From NCBI GenBank assembly GCA_949293925.1, contig CASFFI010000015.1:1-43597 (forward strand): DNA of 43,597 bases. Direction: 5' to 3'. The position numbers were made by a program, and so were the translations under genes. The stretch comes from an uncultured Christensenella sp. (GTDB lineage Bacteria > Bacillota > Clostridia > Christensenellales > UBA1242). The notes under the pieces are model-generated. The model did not search any database. It saw only the letters and a program-made list of their open reading frames with translations, and was not told the origin of the DNA. Shown piece after piece: positions 36,801-43,597 of this stretch (positions within the stretch are counted from its first letter, which is position 1; every line of letters begins with the position of its first letter).

Positions 36801-39800
36801 TAACAAATCCTGTAAACATAGAAAATTCTAATATAAATTCACCTGTTGTACTACCAAAAGCAGTTCCAACATTGTTAGTTTGTTCTATTGAAGAAATATT
36901 TACAATAAGATTTGATGCAATACTTGAAAGTACGCTATTAGTGGATATTGTATTGATATATTCAACACCTTGACCATTTGCTATGAACATACCTACAGCA
37001 TTATTTTCACTGTTTATAAATACTTCTATGTCTGTTTTTGGATTAGTTAAAGTAGAATTTCTATATGAATAAACTGACGAATAACTTATGCTAGTATAAA
37101 AAGCATTAGCAATAAAACCAGCCACAATATTTTCGCCTTTCAAAGCGACTTCATCTATTGCATAGATTTCATAATGAACATTTTTGTAATAACCATATTC
37201 ATCATAACTTGTAATTCCTGCGACTGAATTTCTACCTTGAATCAAAGTTGTTACAATAATATTTTCAAAGTTTGCGACCGAATTTGTTTCATAAAAACCA
37301 TTAACTTGACTAAAAGAAGCCGATTGACTACTAGAATTTATGCTTTTACCGATTAAACCGCCGATATTATCTGCACCTGTTACAACATTTATGTTATCAA
37401 CTTTATTAGAATAGTATCCTAATATTTCACCGCCAACATATAAGGAATTAATGCTACCTAATTCGTTTAATCCTACAACTGCACCTATATAAGAATCGCT
37501 ATTTGAATAATTTCTACCAACATTTATAGATAGTTCACTTATTGAAAAATTATCATTCAAAACACCTGATATTTCAGCAGAATTTTTTCCTACAACCCCA
37601 CCAATATAACAAATTGTTGAATAATCAATACTGATAGAGCCATTTATAGCAACGACAGTTTTATCAGTATAAATTATCTCACCCAAATTTTCAGCTACTA
37701 GCATTCCTACAAAGCTTTCAGTTTCACTAGAAATGTAAATATTCCCAGATACATTTAATAAACAATCTTTAACTTCCCCATTGTTTTTTGCTATTAAACC
37801 TATATGTATTTGATTAAGATTAGACGAATTTATTGCATTTACATCAAAATTAACATAAAAATTAATATTTGAAATGCTTCCGTTATTATTTTCAATTAAA
37901 GAATAATTTTGACTTAAATTAATTCCGTAAACATTGTAAATGTTGCCATCATAACTAGTAATTGAACCATTGAAATTTTTGATATTTTCTTGAATTGCAC
38001 TCAAATCTATATCAGTTGTCAAAACATAATGACTGTCTTGACTATTTGAAATATCCATAAATTCTTTAGCCGAACTAATATGATAAGGACTTTCTTTTGT
38101 TCCCCTTCCAATCATAATTTTGATAATTTTATAATTAGAAGAATTATTATTTCCATTTAATAATAAAGTTTGAATATTATCTTCTGTTATTTTAAAATTA
38201 GCGTCATTTAAATTTAACATTGATTTCAAAGCTTCTTTTGGAATAATAATTAAATTACAACTACCGCCTACAAATTCATCTAATAATGTTAATTTTGCAC
38301 CCGTTAAATTTGTTTCAACATTAATGACGTTATTAATAATTTCACCATTTAAAGTAGTAATTATATATAACAATTCTTTATCATTTAAATTCCCAGATGC
38401 TAAAAGGTCATAATTTCTATATGAATTTCTGTAATCCATATAAATATATTTTTCGCCATTTAAACTATTCATATTTGAAGAAACAGTAATAGTTGAAGTT
38501 ATGTTTTGTCTATCAATATAAATTACTATATCATCTAAATAAGTTTTCCCAAACTGACTTACTTTAAAAGTCATAAAACCTTCATAAGAATAACTATTAG
38601 GATATAAAAGGAATGACAAGTCTGTACTTAAAAATCCATCACTAATTAAATCACCACTGGTAGATTTTTTTATTAATATATCTGAACTAGTTATAAATTC
38701 ATAATTGCTACCATTGATTTCGTCCAAATAATAACTTGCTTCGCTAGGGTAAACACTGCTTATAATATTTGCTTGACCTTTTTCTAAATCGTAATACCCT
38801 AAAATTTGTTTTCCCTCTGCACCAGTTAAACTGTCATACTCGTAACTAGCAAGTTTATATAAAACATTTTTGTCAATTTCAACTCTTTCTACGGCAACAT
38901 ATATAAATAAATATAATTCATAATTAAAACTTAAACTGCTTTCTTCTCCTACAATGTTGTAAATAGGCATTTCAACATTAACTAAAAGATGTAAGTAATC
39001 AGATTTTGTACCGTTATTTCCAATAACAATTTGTAAATTTTTATTTATTAAATCGGTTGTATAAGTTATGTATTGTTCACCATTTAAAGAGTCTAATTCG
39101 TATTGAACTTTTATACCGCTAATATTAATATCATCTCTAATTGAATTTAGATAAGATAATACGCTAAAATTCAAATTTATAACATTTTTTATCGATTCAT
39201 TACTATTTGCAACAATGAATAATCCGTCCTCATTGTTTATTCCACTACCTACAACCAATCCGTTTGAAATTAAATCTTCGTAAATAGTACCTTTTAAACT
39301 TTCATCGTCAGTTTGAAGCAAATTATTAACGCCTGTCAAATCAACTTCTGTTGATATATTTGATGCACCCAGGAAAACATATAAATTAACATATCTAGTG
39401 TACCCGTTTAATGCTTTCAAAGTGATTCTAGTTGAGAAACTATCAAGGTCGTCTGTGTATTCAACAAACAATATGATGTCATTATTTAGCGTTTTTGCCG
39501 CATCGAAATTGTAAACAAGATTAGTTGTAAAATCACTTATTGATAAACCTCCATCAGTAATGTCTAATTGATTTAAGTTTTGATAAAATAGCACTCTTTT
39601 ATCATCAGCACTAATATTTAAAACCCCACTATCGAGACTTCCTAGTCCTGTTAAATTTGTAATTCTTATTCCAGCATAAAGTTTTCCTGCTTCCAAGTAA
39701 ATTGTATTGTTAGAACTTAAAACGTCAAATCCATCAATTGTTGAACTATTATCTTCAATATAATCAACTGCACCTGCTTGCATAAACCTGATGCCGTCTC

Positions 39801-41622
39801 CCACAACAAATCTCATTTGGAAAGAAATTGCTAAGTTGTTTTCAAAAGTTGAATAGTTTTGAATATCGTCAGCATATAAGTCTATTGATTCATAATTATA
39901 TAAGTAATTTTCTATATTAAAATAAATTTCAATGTTACTAAAATTTGATTCGTTACAAACATCATATCTAATGTATAAATTATCTGCACTTTTTATTGGT
40001 TCAGAGACAAATTCATTATTAACTTTAGTAAATTTAACTAAAGCCCCTCCATAAGTAAAATAAAATTGATATTTATTTTTGTCATTTAATGTCAAATCAT
40101 TAACAGCAATTTTTTGAGTAAAATCTTCATTGTATATATTTTCATAATATGTACTGCCAGAAATTAAACTTAAAAATCTTGTATCAAGTCTTATTCTGAA
40201 ATATCTAAGTCCATCTGCATCATTGTAAGATTCTCCATCGTCCGGAAGACCTTTAACTTCCAATCTTGCAAGTTCGTTGGTTGTTGCATAATAATTAAAT
40301 AAATTATTTTCACTACTTATTTGATTGTTGTTAAATACGCCTAAATCTTCTTCATTTAAATTCACACTAAATCTATCAATTGAATTTACAACTTCATAGT
40401 TTACAAAAATGTCATACGAAATATTATTGTCTAATAAGTTGTTATTTGCATCATATTGATTTCCAACAACTCCTGATACTGCACTGATTGTTATCTTAAA
40501 ATTTGGATTTACGGATTGTGGAGTTAACTTCAACGCGTCAATCTTTAATTTTGAAGAATCAAAAGCCTTGTTAACTTCAATATAATTTTGGTCTTCGCCA
40601 TTCAAATAAAATGAATCATCTATATCAATTTCAAAATTTTCAAGTGAAAGATTTTCTTCATTATATAAAATATTTAATGTATTTGTTGAATATATAGAAT
40701 TTTTTATAAGCGATAATTTTTGGCTATTATCTAAATCAATTAATGTATTCGTTGTAATATTTTCATTATGTGTAGAATAGGTAATTTTAAAATTGCTCTT
40801 TGAAAATTGATTTACCAATCTTAAACTAATTGAATCATTCCCTATTAAACTTTCATTAGTGAGTGTATTTAGATGCGGTATTAATTGAATTTCATCTAAT
40901 ATATAATCAGTAATTTGTGAATTGTTAGAATGATTCGTAATTTTTATGTATTTTCCATATTTATCAGTATCTTCTTCATCATCATATAACTCATAAGAAT
41001 AATCACTTCCTGTTGCAGAATTAACAATACTCCAAACAATATCATTGGTATTAGAAGCATCTCCAGGTGTTATGTTTAAAAGTTGAGTTGAAGGAATTTC
41101 TATGTCAAACGAGTCCCAGTCGCCATCAGGAATAGTTGCATATAAGATCTTTCCATTTTTAGTTGCCAATTCGATTGATTTCTTTACTGAAATTTTAATA
41201 GATTTTGAAATTCCCGCACCAATATGAGTAACTGTCAAAACATCTGAACCGGTTAAATAGTTTTCTCCAACTTTTTGAATATCAATAGTCAAATAACAGA
41301 TATTGCCATTTATTGAATACTGTTTGGTATAAACAATTGAAGAAGAATATGTAAATTCTAATTCTTGGACATATTCATCTTTTACTCCATTAATTTTAAT
41401 AGGTAAAATTATTTCTGAATATTTTTCATCGGTAGTCAAATTGATATAATAATCATTATTAGAGTCTAAAAAAATACCATACACATTATCAACATAATTT
41501 TGAACTTGTGCATCATAAACAGAGAATTCAATACTTAACTTTTTGTATGGATTACAAGCAAATAATATCAAACTGCAAACTATTAAAAATCCAGTCAATA
41601 CAATGCTAGAAATTTTTTTCAT
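30823..41622 (-). CDS. Giant surface lipoprotein (3,599 aa) with three GLUG-motif beta-helix modules and Ig-like segments
   Basis: Uninterrupted 10.8-kb ORF in very AT-rich DNA with an AAGGGG SD. It has a lipoprotein signal with an LFA-C lipobox. GGxxGxNxGxI-type repeats recur (IGGVVGKNSAEISGV, FVGGLVATNNGFITNSSVG, NGGVAGLNLGGLISNTSVN). There is no LPXTG motif at the C-terminus. Confidence 0.9.
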   Translation of the reverse strand: MKKISSIVLTGFLIVCSLILFACNPYKKLSIEFSVYDAQVQNYVDNVYGIFLDSNNDYYINLTTDEKYSEIILPIKINGVKDEYVQELEFTYSSSIVYTKQYSINGNICYLTIDIQKVGENYLTGSDVLTVTHIGAGISKSIKISVKKSIELATKNGKILYATIPDGDWDSFDIEIPSTQLLNITPGDASNTNDIVWSIVNSATGSDYSYELYDDEEDTDKYGKYIKITNHSNNSQITDYILDEIQLIPHLNTLTNESLIGNDSISLRLVNQFSKSNFKITYSTHNENITTNTLIDLDNSQKLSLIKNSIYSTNTLNILYNEENLSLENFEIDIDDSFYLNGEDQNYIEVNKAFDSSKLKIDALKLTPQSVNPNFKITISAVSGVVGNQYDANNNLLDNNISYDIFVNYEVVNSIDRFSVNLNEEDLGVFNNNQISSENNLFNYYATTNELARLEVKGLPDDGESYNDADGLRYFRIRLDTRFLSLISGSTYYENIYNEDFTQKIAVNDLTLNDKNKYQFYFTYGGALVKFTKVNNEFVSEPIKSADNLYIRYDVCNESNFSNIEIYFNIENYLYNYESIDLYADDIQNYSTFENNLAISFQMRFVVGDGIRFMQAGAVDYIEDNSSTIDGFDVLSSNNTIYLEAGKLYAGIRITNLTGLGSLDSGVLNISADDKRVLFYQNLNQLDITDGGLSISDFTTNLVYNFDAAKTLNNDIILFVEYTDDLDSFSTRITLKALNGYTRYVNLYVFLGASNISTEVDLTGVNNLLQTDDESLKGTIYEDLISNGLVVGSGINNEDGLFIVANSNESIKNVINLNFSVLSYLNSIRDDINISGIKVQYELDSLNGEQYITYTTDLINKNLQIVIGNNGTKSDYLHLLVNVEMPIYNIVGEESSLSFNYELYLFIYVAVERVEIDKNVLYKLASYEYDSLTGAEGKQILGYYDLEKGQANIISSVYPSEASYYLDEINGSNYEFITSSDILIKKSTSGDLISDGFLSTDLSFLLYPNSYSYEGFMTFKVSQFGKTYLDDIVIYIDRQNITSTITVSSNMNSLNGEKYIYMDYRNSYRNYDLLASGNLNDKELLYIITTLNGEIINNVINVETNLTGAKLTLLDEFVGGSCNLIIIPKEALKSMLNLNDANFKITEDNIQTLLLNGNNNSSNYKIIKIMIGRGTKESPYHISSAKEFMDISNSQDSHYVLTTDIDLSAIQENIKNFNGSITSYDGNIYNVYGINLSQNYSLIENNNGSISNINFYVNFDVNAINSSNLNQIHIGLIAKNNGEVKDCLLNVSGNIYISSETESFVGMLVAENLGEIIYTDKTVVAINGSISIDYSTICYIGGVVGKNSAEISGVLNDNFSISELSINVGRNYSNSDSYIGAVVGLNELGSINSLYVGGEILGYYSNKVDNINVVTGADNIGGLIGKSINSSSQSASFSQVNGFYETNSVANFENIIVTTLIQGRNSVAGITSYDEYGYYKNVHYEIYAIDEVALKGENIVAGFIANAFYTSISYSSVYSYRNSTLTNPKTDIEVFINSENNAVGMFIANGQGVEYINTISTNSVLSSIASNLIVNISSIEQTNNVGTAFGSTTGEFILEFSMFTGFVTLNGDPVDNISNNANLLNVKQYISLVNGTQNVNFANGTYTPNIDIFSTERFGFTNSNDLSSYYLIYEGKRLLKVAPTSISLDSSVQLSYIELVYKYYDIIKTNEVSSSKFAQDYNSINTYDLPKIYFTPDDCYQRLYYMSSNSSVVQVLSDGRILLKGEGVSDITIYSVLDASKFVTIKIYVRNAIDDFDIYQSENSTDATYELDGGKFILTKQLAKKVITSFSNVVEINNTIYYYQEPILSGVKYDFALNCKTDINLILDEYFSDLGVDFESGKFDVLKIGEYTLALYKINGEYELIVVETNDDSLYLNLNDVGNRIFISCVGVLPEGVSIKVNATPFDIKDLDSASIESKYEFYKNLTKSFEIETYMGVTNISSNVGAVQMAKSDTVDFDIKLSTDTAMIDDLQIMYEDDNNTDEIYLDVKIEGQNIDLIKGESVNLLNNESLDLRNLFDSKTDEIKFSVTLNVATSYNGKDEIKATISFKSLLYETDIDVYIVPQSISRLKLTNYEYTNVNGSDEVVKSGALRPSANSKNLLTIELAPDNAEYAYLRITDTTLDDEKIWFEQWKMKENGTNIATDLEPYGTLDAVNEGIILRRENNTSNYYVKIYVSDQAENYIHNIKVTPYDESGNAIYGEASINVEVILRPSVSVSYEDPKGTVFTVNSGSQNTFNLALKDDVVLNVSSANCDNVSAFISSDSLAKYYTLDKISDEIYKLSFNDNVLTEYELNEILSGVLDVSFVAEKTLNNVYESTTTIISFDIRNMVIHGISIENYNDLITADYNEEIALRFGFNEEYDFTFLNNSVENNENARMYLNNILNEINFSIDYLTLISDNENIEIYVDDSIENTKVFKNANSNENIAKLELKSTGIYFTGLSSLVNECSLVLSFDITYDSTEQNVGMINTDWPKLISFDDSEYSHYNINLNIDLSISNTILEYNAKPIYDANDFINMTENKHYIQMQDIVLENYSPIEVNLKSFDGNGYKIIIKSIDLTEQATSNNSTANIGLFRSIPENMVVQNVSVYYASLEYNINATISADSVKSLGYYLDYSCEGIEFENKFSRIYFGGITAENNGVITNCSVGNFISTSSNFENSNLIQYYENHSTSESLSSVYLRLNYFESDTIVDLIPLFAPSISPRNFFVGGLVATNNGFITNSSVGASIKALSYLGGFVYSNTGKISSSKFIGKALVKTVPIENGTNFQTDNGIVLTSMFAIENRGQISLSYAGLRRDSGAMASIVDSTSSAVGFVDNNSGQIYDSYCQGQLKSSAYSIGFVNNNSGNIKNSYALISFASTLSSSGDNFNNIEFVRTYSGSTFENCYFFKNTGITSIPIAGVTGLSLNAFKNIDNFNNFISSDNSIWLETSSNGQSVSTVCGPLLISADEVFKTKKRLLSTTSDTSGNITYTYVADESNGGARIGSNENPYIIYDSESFNYYLTETASSNVINRSYRIVADIDLQGVIQPVTCSYTFSGRLEGNNMKITNFSVYTKEDYDSIGLFKEIVSNGSNTMIRNLTLSPESFTTSKVKVVGILAGIIDGGKIYNINLDNNELTVVGGNVVGGLAGIIKGNFVIDGISSNISINSQYRNISSNRYNSYNSKYVQDNNFLTDNAYEISYAGSIAGIVDGYIRRSDLIDENSSIVDFKTLNNLQISGQPTVIGENAGFISGFVGENSRITNAVINVNNNAKLKGVYYSAMVVAENRGIVDNVVVEGNLLTDIFDSYSRVNGGVAGLNLGGLISNTSVNDLYILSSGTNTTAGLIAGRNLGGSIAFNSVNLSNEDNLVLKANYAGFISGADYSNPDVINSNTTTGVSANYPFNLNNINYRNILVELDNIVDNENYLHIYNNFIDESVINAQNNYLNLFYNDIETTTTIDGVLQTVIVTSYNSVFGLISGITDLNMSSYYLTIQIVDGGAVVSCNNKTTDISTSYQNSIISFNPLDLEPLIEMDSLDEFIDTLSNYYFVALDGRDIREFDVWSVGVGYSNSRLTIDINA
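31400..32550 (-). other. GLUG/beta-helix module 3 (about aa 3025-3400; approximate)
   Basis: Opens with ENPYIIYDSESFNYY...FSGRLEGNNMKITNF, then VVGGLAGIIKGNF, YAGSIAGIVDGYI, NAGFISGFVGENSRITNAVI, NGGVAGLNLGGLISNTSVN and TAGLIAGRNLGGSIAFNSVN. Confidence 0.6.
32700..33990 (-). other. GLUG/beta-helix module 2 (about aa 2545-2960; approximate)
   Basis: Opens with KPIYDANDFINM...SFDGNGYKIIIKS, then FGGITAENNGVITNCSVG, FVGGLVATNNGFITNSSVG, LGGFVYSNTGKISSSKF, AVGFVDNNSGQIYDSYCQG and SIGFVNNNSGNIKNSYAL. Confidence 0.6.
36270..36530 (-). other. Big_2-like bacterial Ig domain (about aa 1700-1785; approximate)
   Basis: …YFTPDDCYQRLYYMSSNSSVVQVLSDGRILLKGEGVSDITIYSVLDASKFVTIKIYV matches the usual Big_2 pattern (SSNxxVxxVxxxGxxxxxxxGxxxIT). 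Confidence 0.5.
36800..38110 (-). other. GLUG/beta-helix module 1 of the giant protein (about aa 1172-1600; approximate bounds)
   Basis: Opens with GTKESPYHISSAKEFMDIS...NFNGSITSYDGNIYNV, then repeats such as IGLIAKNNGEVKDCLLNVSG, IGGVVGKNSAEISGV, IGAVVGLNELGSINSLYVGG and IGGLIGKSI. Confidence 0.6.
41554..41622 (-). other. Lipoprotein signal peptide (aa 1-23, lipidated Cys23)
   Basis: MKKISSIVLTGFLIVCSLILFA|C: a basic N-terminus, a hydrophobic core and the lipobox L-F-A-C. Confidence 0.75.
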
Positions 41623-41792
41623 AAGTACCCCTTAAAAAATATTTTACCCGCATATAATTTATATTATGTAATATATTAGTTTATAAAGTAAAAGCATAAA
41701 TCATCAGATATTTAAAATATATTATAAGTATATAATAAATTAATCAATTAAATCAAATAATTAAAGAAAAAACAAAAAATTTAGGAGATATA

Positions 41793-42053
41793 ATGGACAT
41801 AACAAAAAATCAAGAATTAACTCTTAGTAACAGAAATTTATTAACCATTGATGGTATAGAAAAATTGATTAGCATTAAACCCAATTTAGTGCAATTAAAC
41901 AGTTCATTTGGCGCGATTATAATTGAAGGTAAAAATTTGGAACTAATAGATTTGAACAATGAAAACAAAGTCATAAAATTAAAAGGCGAAATTGATGCAA
42001 TAAAATATACTGAATCAAAAAATAATAATTTTTTAAGGAAGATATTTAAATGA
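41793..42053 (+). CDS. yabP: YabP-family (sporulation protein YabP-like) small protein
   Basis: An 86-aa beta-rich protein (LTLSNRNLLTIDGIEKLISI...IIIEGKNLELIDLN...IKLKGEIDAIKY) that matches the YabP pattern. AGGAG SD. ATGA overlap with the next gene, as in yabP-yabQ pairs. Confidence 0.7.
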   Translation: MDITKNQELTLSNRNLLTIDGIEKLISIKPNLVQLNSSFGAIIIEGKNLELIDLNNENKVIKLKGEIDAIKYTESKNNNFLRKIFK

Positions 42054-42442
42054 TGTTTTTTACTCTAATCCATTTAAATTCGTTTTTTATATCGATTTTT
42101 TTTGGATTTTTATATTATATATTTTATTTTATAAACTCTTTATTTTTAAGTAAATATTGTAAAAATTTATCAAAAAATCTATTTTTTGCTATTAATTCAG
42201 TATTTTTTTCAATATTTTTTTTGATTTTTGTTAATTTTTACAATTTTGGTTCAATAAATTTAATATTGATTGCGACATATTCAGCATCATTTTTATACTG
42301 CAAAAAAACATTTAAAAATTTACTTGCTATGGTATATAAAAAAATGTATAATATTAAAAAATATGAAAGGACAAAACCCCATAATAATGTTTTTGTAAAG
42401 GTGGCAAAAAATGAACGAAAGAATAACAAAATCAAAAATTAA
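42050..42442 (+). CDS. yabQ: YabQ-like small polytopic membrane protein (assigned by position)
   Basis: Three to four TM helices and translational coupling to yabP. The assignment rests mostly on synteny. Confidence 0.5.
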   Translation: MMFFTLIHLNSFFISIFFGFLYYIFYFINSLFLSKYCKNLSKNLFFAINSVFFSIFFLIFVNFYNFGSINLILIATYSASFLYCKKTFKNLLAMVYKKMYNIKKYERTKPHNNVFVKVAKNERKNNKIKN

Positions 42443-42608
42443 TTTCATAATATTTTCGTCATTATTTATTCTAATAGCATTATCTATTTTATGCGTGTTT
42501 CTATCTATAAAATTATATAACCAAAAACAGATTTTAAAAGAGCAAGAACAAATAATTGAAAATTACAATAAAGATGACAATAACTCTCTTGACAAATCTA
42601 CTTATTAA
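42411..42608 (+). CDS. divIC: DivIC/FtsB-like septum formation initiator (single TM plus short coiled coil)
   Basis: 65 aa with a TM helix IIFSSLFILIALSILCVFLSI followed by KLYNQKQILKEQEQIIENY. AAGGTGG SD. It sits in the position after yabQ seen in Bacillus. Confidence 0.5.
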   Translation: MNERITKSKINFIIFSSLFILIALSILCVFLSIKLYNQKQILKEQEQIIENYNKDDNNSLDKSTY

Positions 42609-42778
42609 TAGGAATTAAATAAAAGATTATAATTAATGAAATTTATATTTTGACAAAAAATAAAGTTAAAATAAAGGACAACATCTTTTAAAATTTAACA
42701 TAAATAAATTATTAAACTTTACACAAATATGCAAATATTTTTAAACAATATTAGATAAAATAAATTTAAAGGAAGACT

Positions 42779-43333
42779 ATGATAATTACATTAACTGGCA
42801 AACCTTGTTCTGGTAAAAGCACTGTTGCAAAAATCTTTTGTGATAACTACAATTTTAAGCACATATCAACAGGTAATATGTTTAGAGAAATATTAAAAGA
42901 TAAAAATCTAGATATATTAGAATTTCAAAAGGGGACAAAAGCAAAAGATATTGACAAAATTATTGATGAAGAATCAATAAAAATCGGTAAAACAAGAGGG
43001 CACGAAGATATTTTATATGATTCTAGATTAGGTTGGTATTTTATACCAAACTCATTTAAAGTATTTCTCGACCTGAATGAAGATGAAATGGCTTTAAGAC
43101 TTTTTAATTCAGAAAGAGATATAACTGAAAAAGGTAAAAATATAAAAGAAGCAAAAAAGCGTGTTACGAAAAGATGGAAATATGAAAACAATAGATATAA
43201 AAAATTATATAACATCAGCAACACAAATATAGACAACTATGATTTAGTCATAGACACAAAGGATAAAACACCCGAACAAATAGCTAATGAAATTTTTGAT
43301 AAATATACTGAATTTATAAAAAATAAAAAGTAA
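42779..43333 (+). CDS. Cytidylate-kinase-like P-loop NMP kinase family protein
   Basis: MIITLTGKPCSGKSTVAK P-loop and a size of about 184 aa suggest the short (archaeal-like) cytidylate kinase family. AAAGGAAG SD. Confidence 0.6.
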   Translation: MIITLTGKPCSGKSTVAKIFCDNYNFKHISTGNMFREILKDKNLDILEFQKGTKAKDIDKIIDEESIKIGKTRGHEDILYDSRLGWYFIPNSFKVFLDLNEDEMALRLFNSERDITEKGKNIKEAKKRVTKRWKYENNRYKKLYNISNTNIDNYDLVIDTKDKTPEQIANEIFDKYTEFIKNKK

Positions 43334-43404
43334 AATTTCACAATTAAAAATGTTAAAAATAAATAGATAACAAATTTTATGTTAAAAAAAATACTAAATA
43401 GATG

Positions 43405-43436
43405 TTGACAACCAAAAAATTATGTGTTACTATAAT
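43405..43436 (+). promoter_or_regulatory. Promoter TTGACA-17-(TGt)TACTAT (overlapping TATAAT) for the initiator tRNA
   Basis: TTGACA at 43405-43410 and TACTAT at 43428-43433, preceded by TGT. The tRNA 5' end is 10 nt downstream. Confidence 0.55.
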
Positions 43437-43443
43437 ATAGTAA

Positions 43444-43520
43444 CGCGGGATAGAGCAGTCCGGAAGCTCGTCGGGCTCATAACCCGAAGGTCGTTGGTTC
43501 AAATCCAACTCCCGCAACCA
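43444..43520 (+). tRNA. Initiator tRNA-fMet (anticodon CAT at 43478-43480); CCA is encoded
   Basis: C1-A72 mismatch at the top of the acceptor stem (CGCGGGA...TCCCGCA), three G:C pairs closing the anticodon stem (GGG CTCATAA CCC) and a T loop TTCAAAT. Confidence 0.9.
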
Positions 43521-43530
43521 ATTTGTACCC

Positions 43531-43558
43531 AACTGAACCACTTAGGTTCAGTTTTTTT
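43531..43558 (+). terminator. Rho-independent terminator after tRNA-fMet
   Basis: AACTGAACC-ACTTA-GGTTCAGTT hairpin followed by a T run. Confidence 0.8.
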
Positions 43559-43597
43559 ACTTATGTGTTTTGTAGTGAACTCCTTACAATATTGAAG

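Noticed and set aside
1-43597. Alternative genetic code (TGA as Trp, as in Mycoplasma-like organisms), suggested by the extreme AT content
   Set aside because: Long conserved genes (dnaE, uvrC, aspS, gatA/B and the 3,599-codon gene) are intact under the standard code. TGA terminates yabP (42051-42053) and the small ORF upstream of pfkA. Trp is encoded by TGG.
1-43597. Mobile elements, prophage remnants, restriction-modification systems, toxin-antitoxin pairs or known anti-phage defence systems
   Set aside because: There are no transposase, integrase, recombinase, nuclease/helicase/methylase or small paired toxin-antitoxin ORFs. There are no flanking inverted or direct repeats and no compositional island. 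The window reads as core chromosome plus one giant surface-protein gene.

Overview
This is a very AT-rich bacterial chromosome segment read in the standard genetic code: TGA acts as a stop and the long ORFs are intact. Gene content points to a low-GC, probably reduced-genome Bacillota (Firmicutes) lineage that makes peptidoglycan (murB, alr, uppP) and keeps sporulation-linked synteny (whiA, yabP-yabQ-divIC). Most of the window is housekeeping. It contains ychF (partial), uppP, degV, uvrC, murB, dnaE, a PHP phosphoesterase-whiA pair and an nfeD-SPFH pair. It also contains an IMPase-family gene, greA, pfkA, a DUF362-ferredoxin fusion, a queH-alr-gatC-gatA-gatB-aspS run, yabP-yabQ-divIC, a cytidylate-kinase-like gene and two tRNAs (Leu and initiator Met). 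From about 8.0 to 41.6 kb nearly all genes lie on the minus strand. I found no CRISPR array, rRNA, transposase, integrase or recognisable defence or toxin module. The outstanding feature is a 10.8 kb gene (30823-41622, minus strand) for a 3,599-aa predicted lipoprotein. It carries three GLUG-type beta-helix modules separated by Ig-like segments, and its function is unknown. Further points worth a second look: (1) a tRNA-Leu whose hand fold gives an unusual AAG (A34) anticodon; (2) two stacked consensus promoters and a 270-350 nt non-coding leader in front of that tRNA; (3) a perfect 48-bp in-frame tandem duplication inside gatA; (4) a 741-bp ORF-free convergent spacer with an orphan terminator and a 20-bp tandem repeat; (5) several genes whose near-consensus promoters abut the ATG with no Shine-Dalgarno, suggesting leaderless mRNAs; (6) a possible degenerate Spo0A-like protein. 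All calls come from reading the sequence and the supplied translations by eye. No database search, HMM or folding program was run, and domain boundaries inside the giant gene are approximate.
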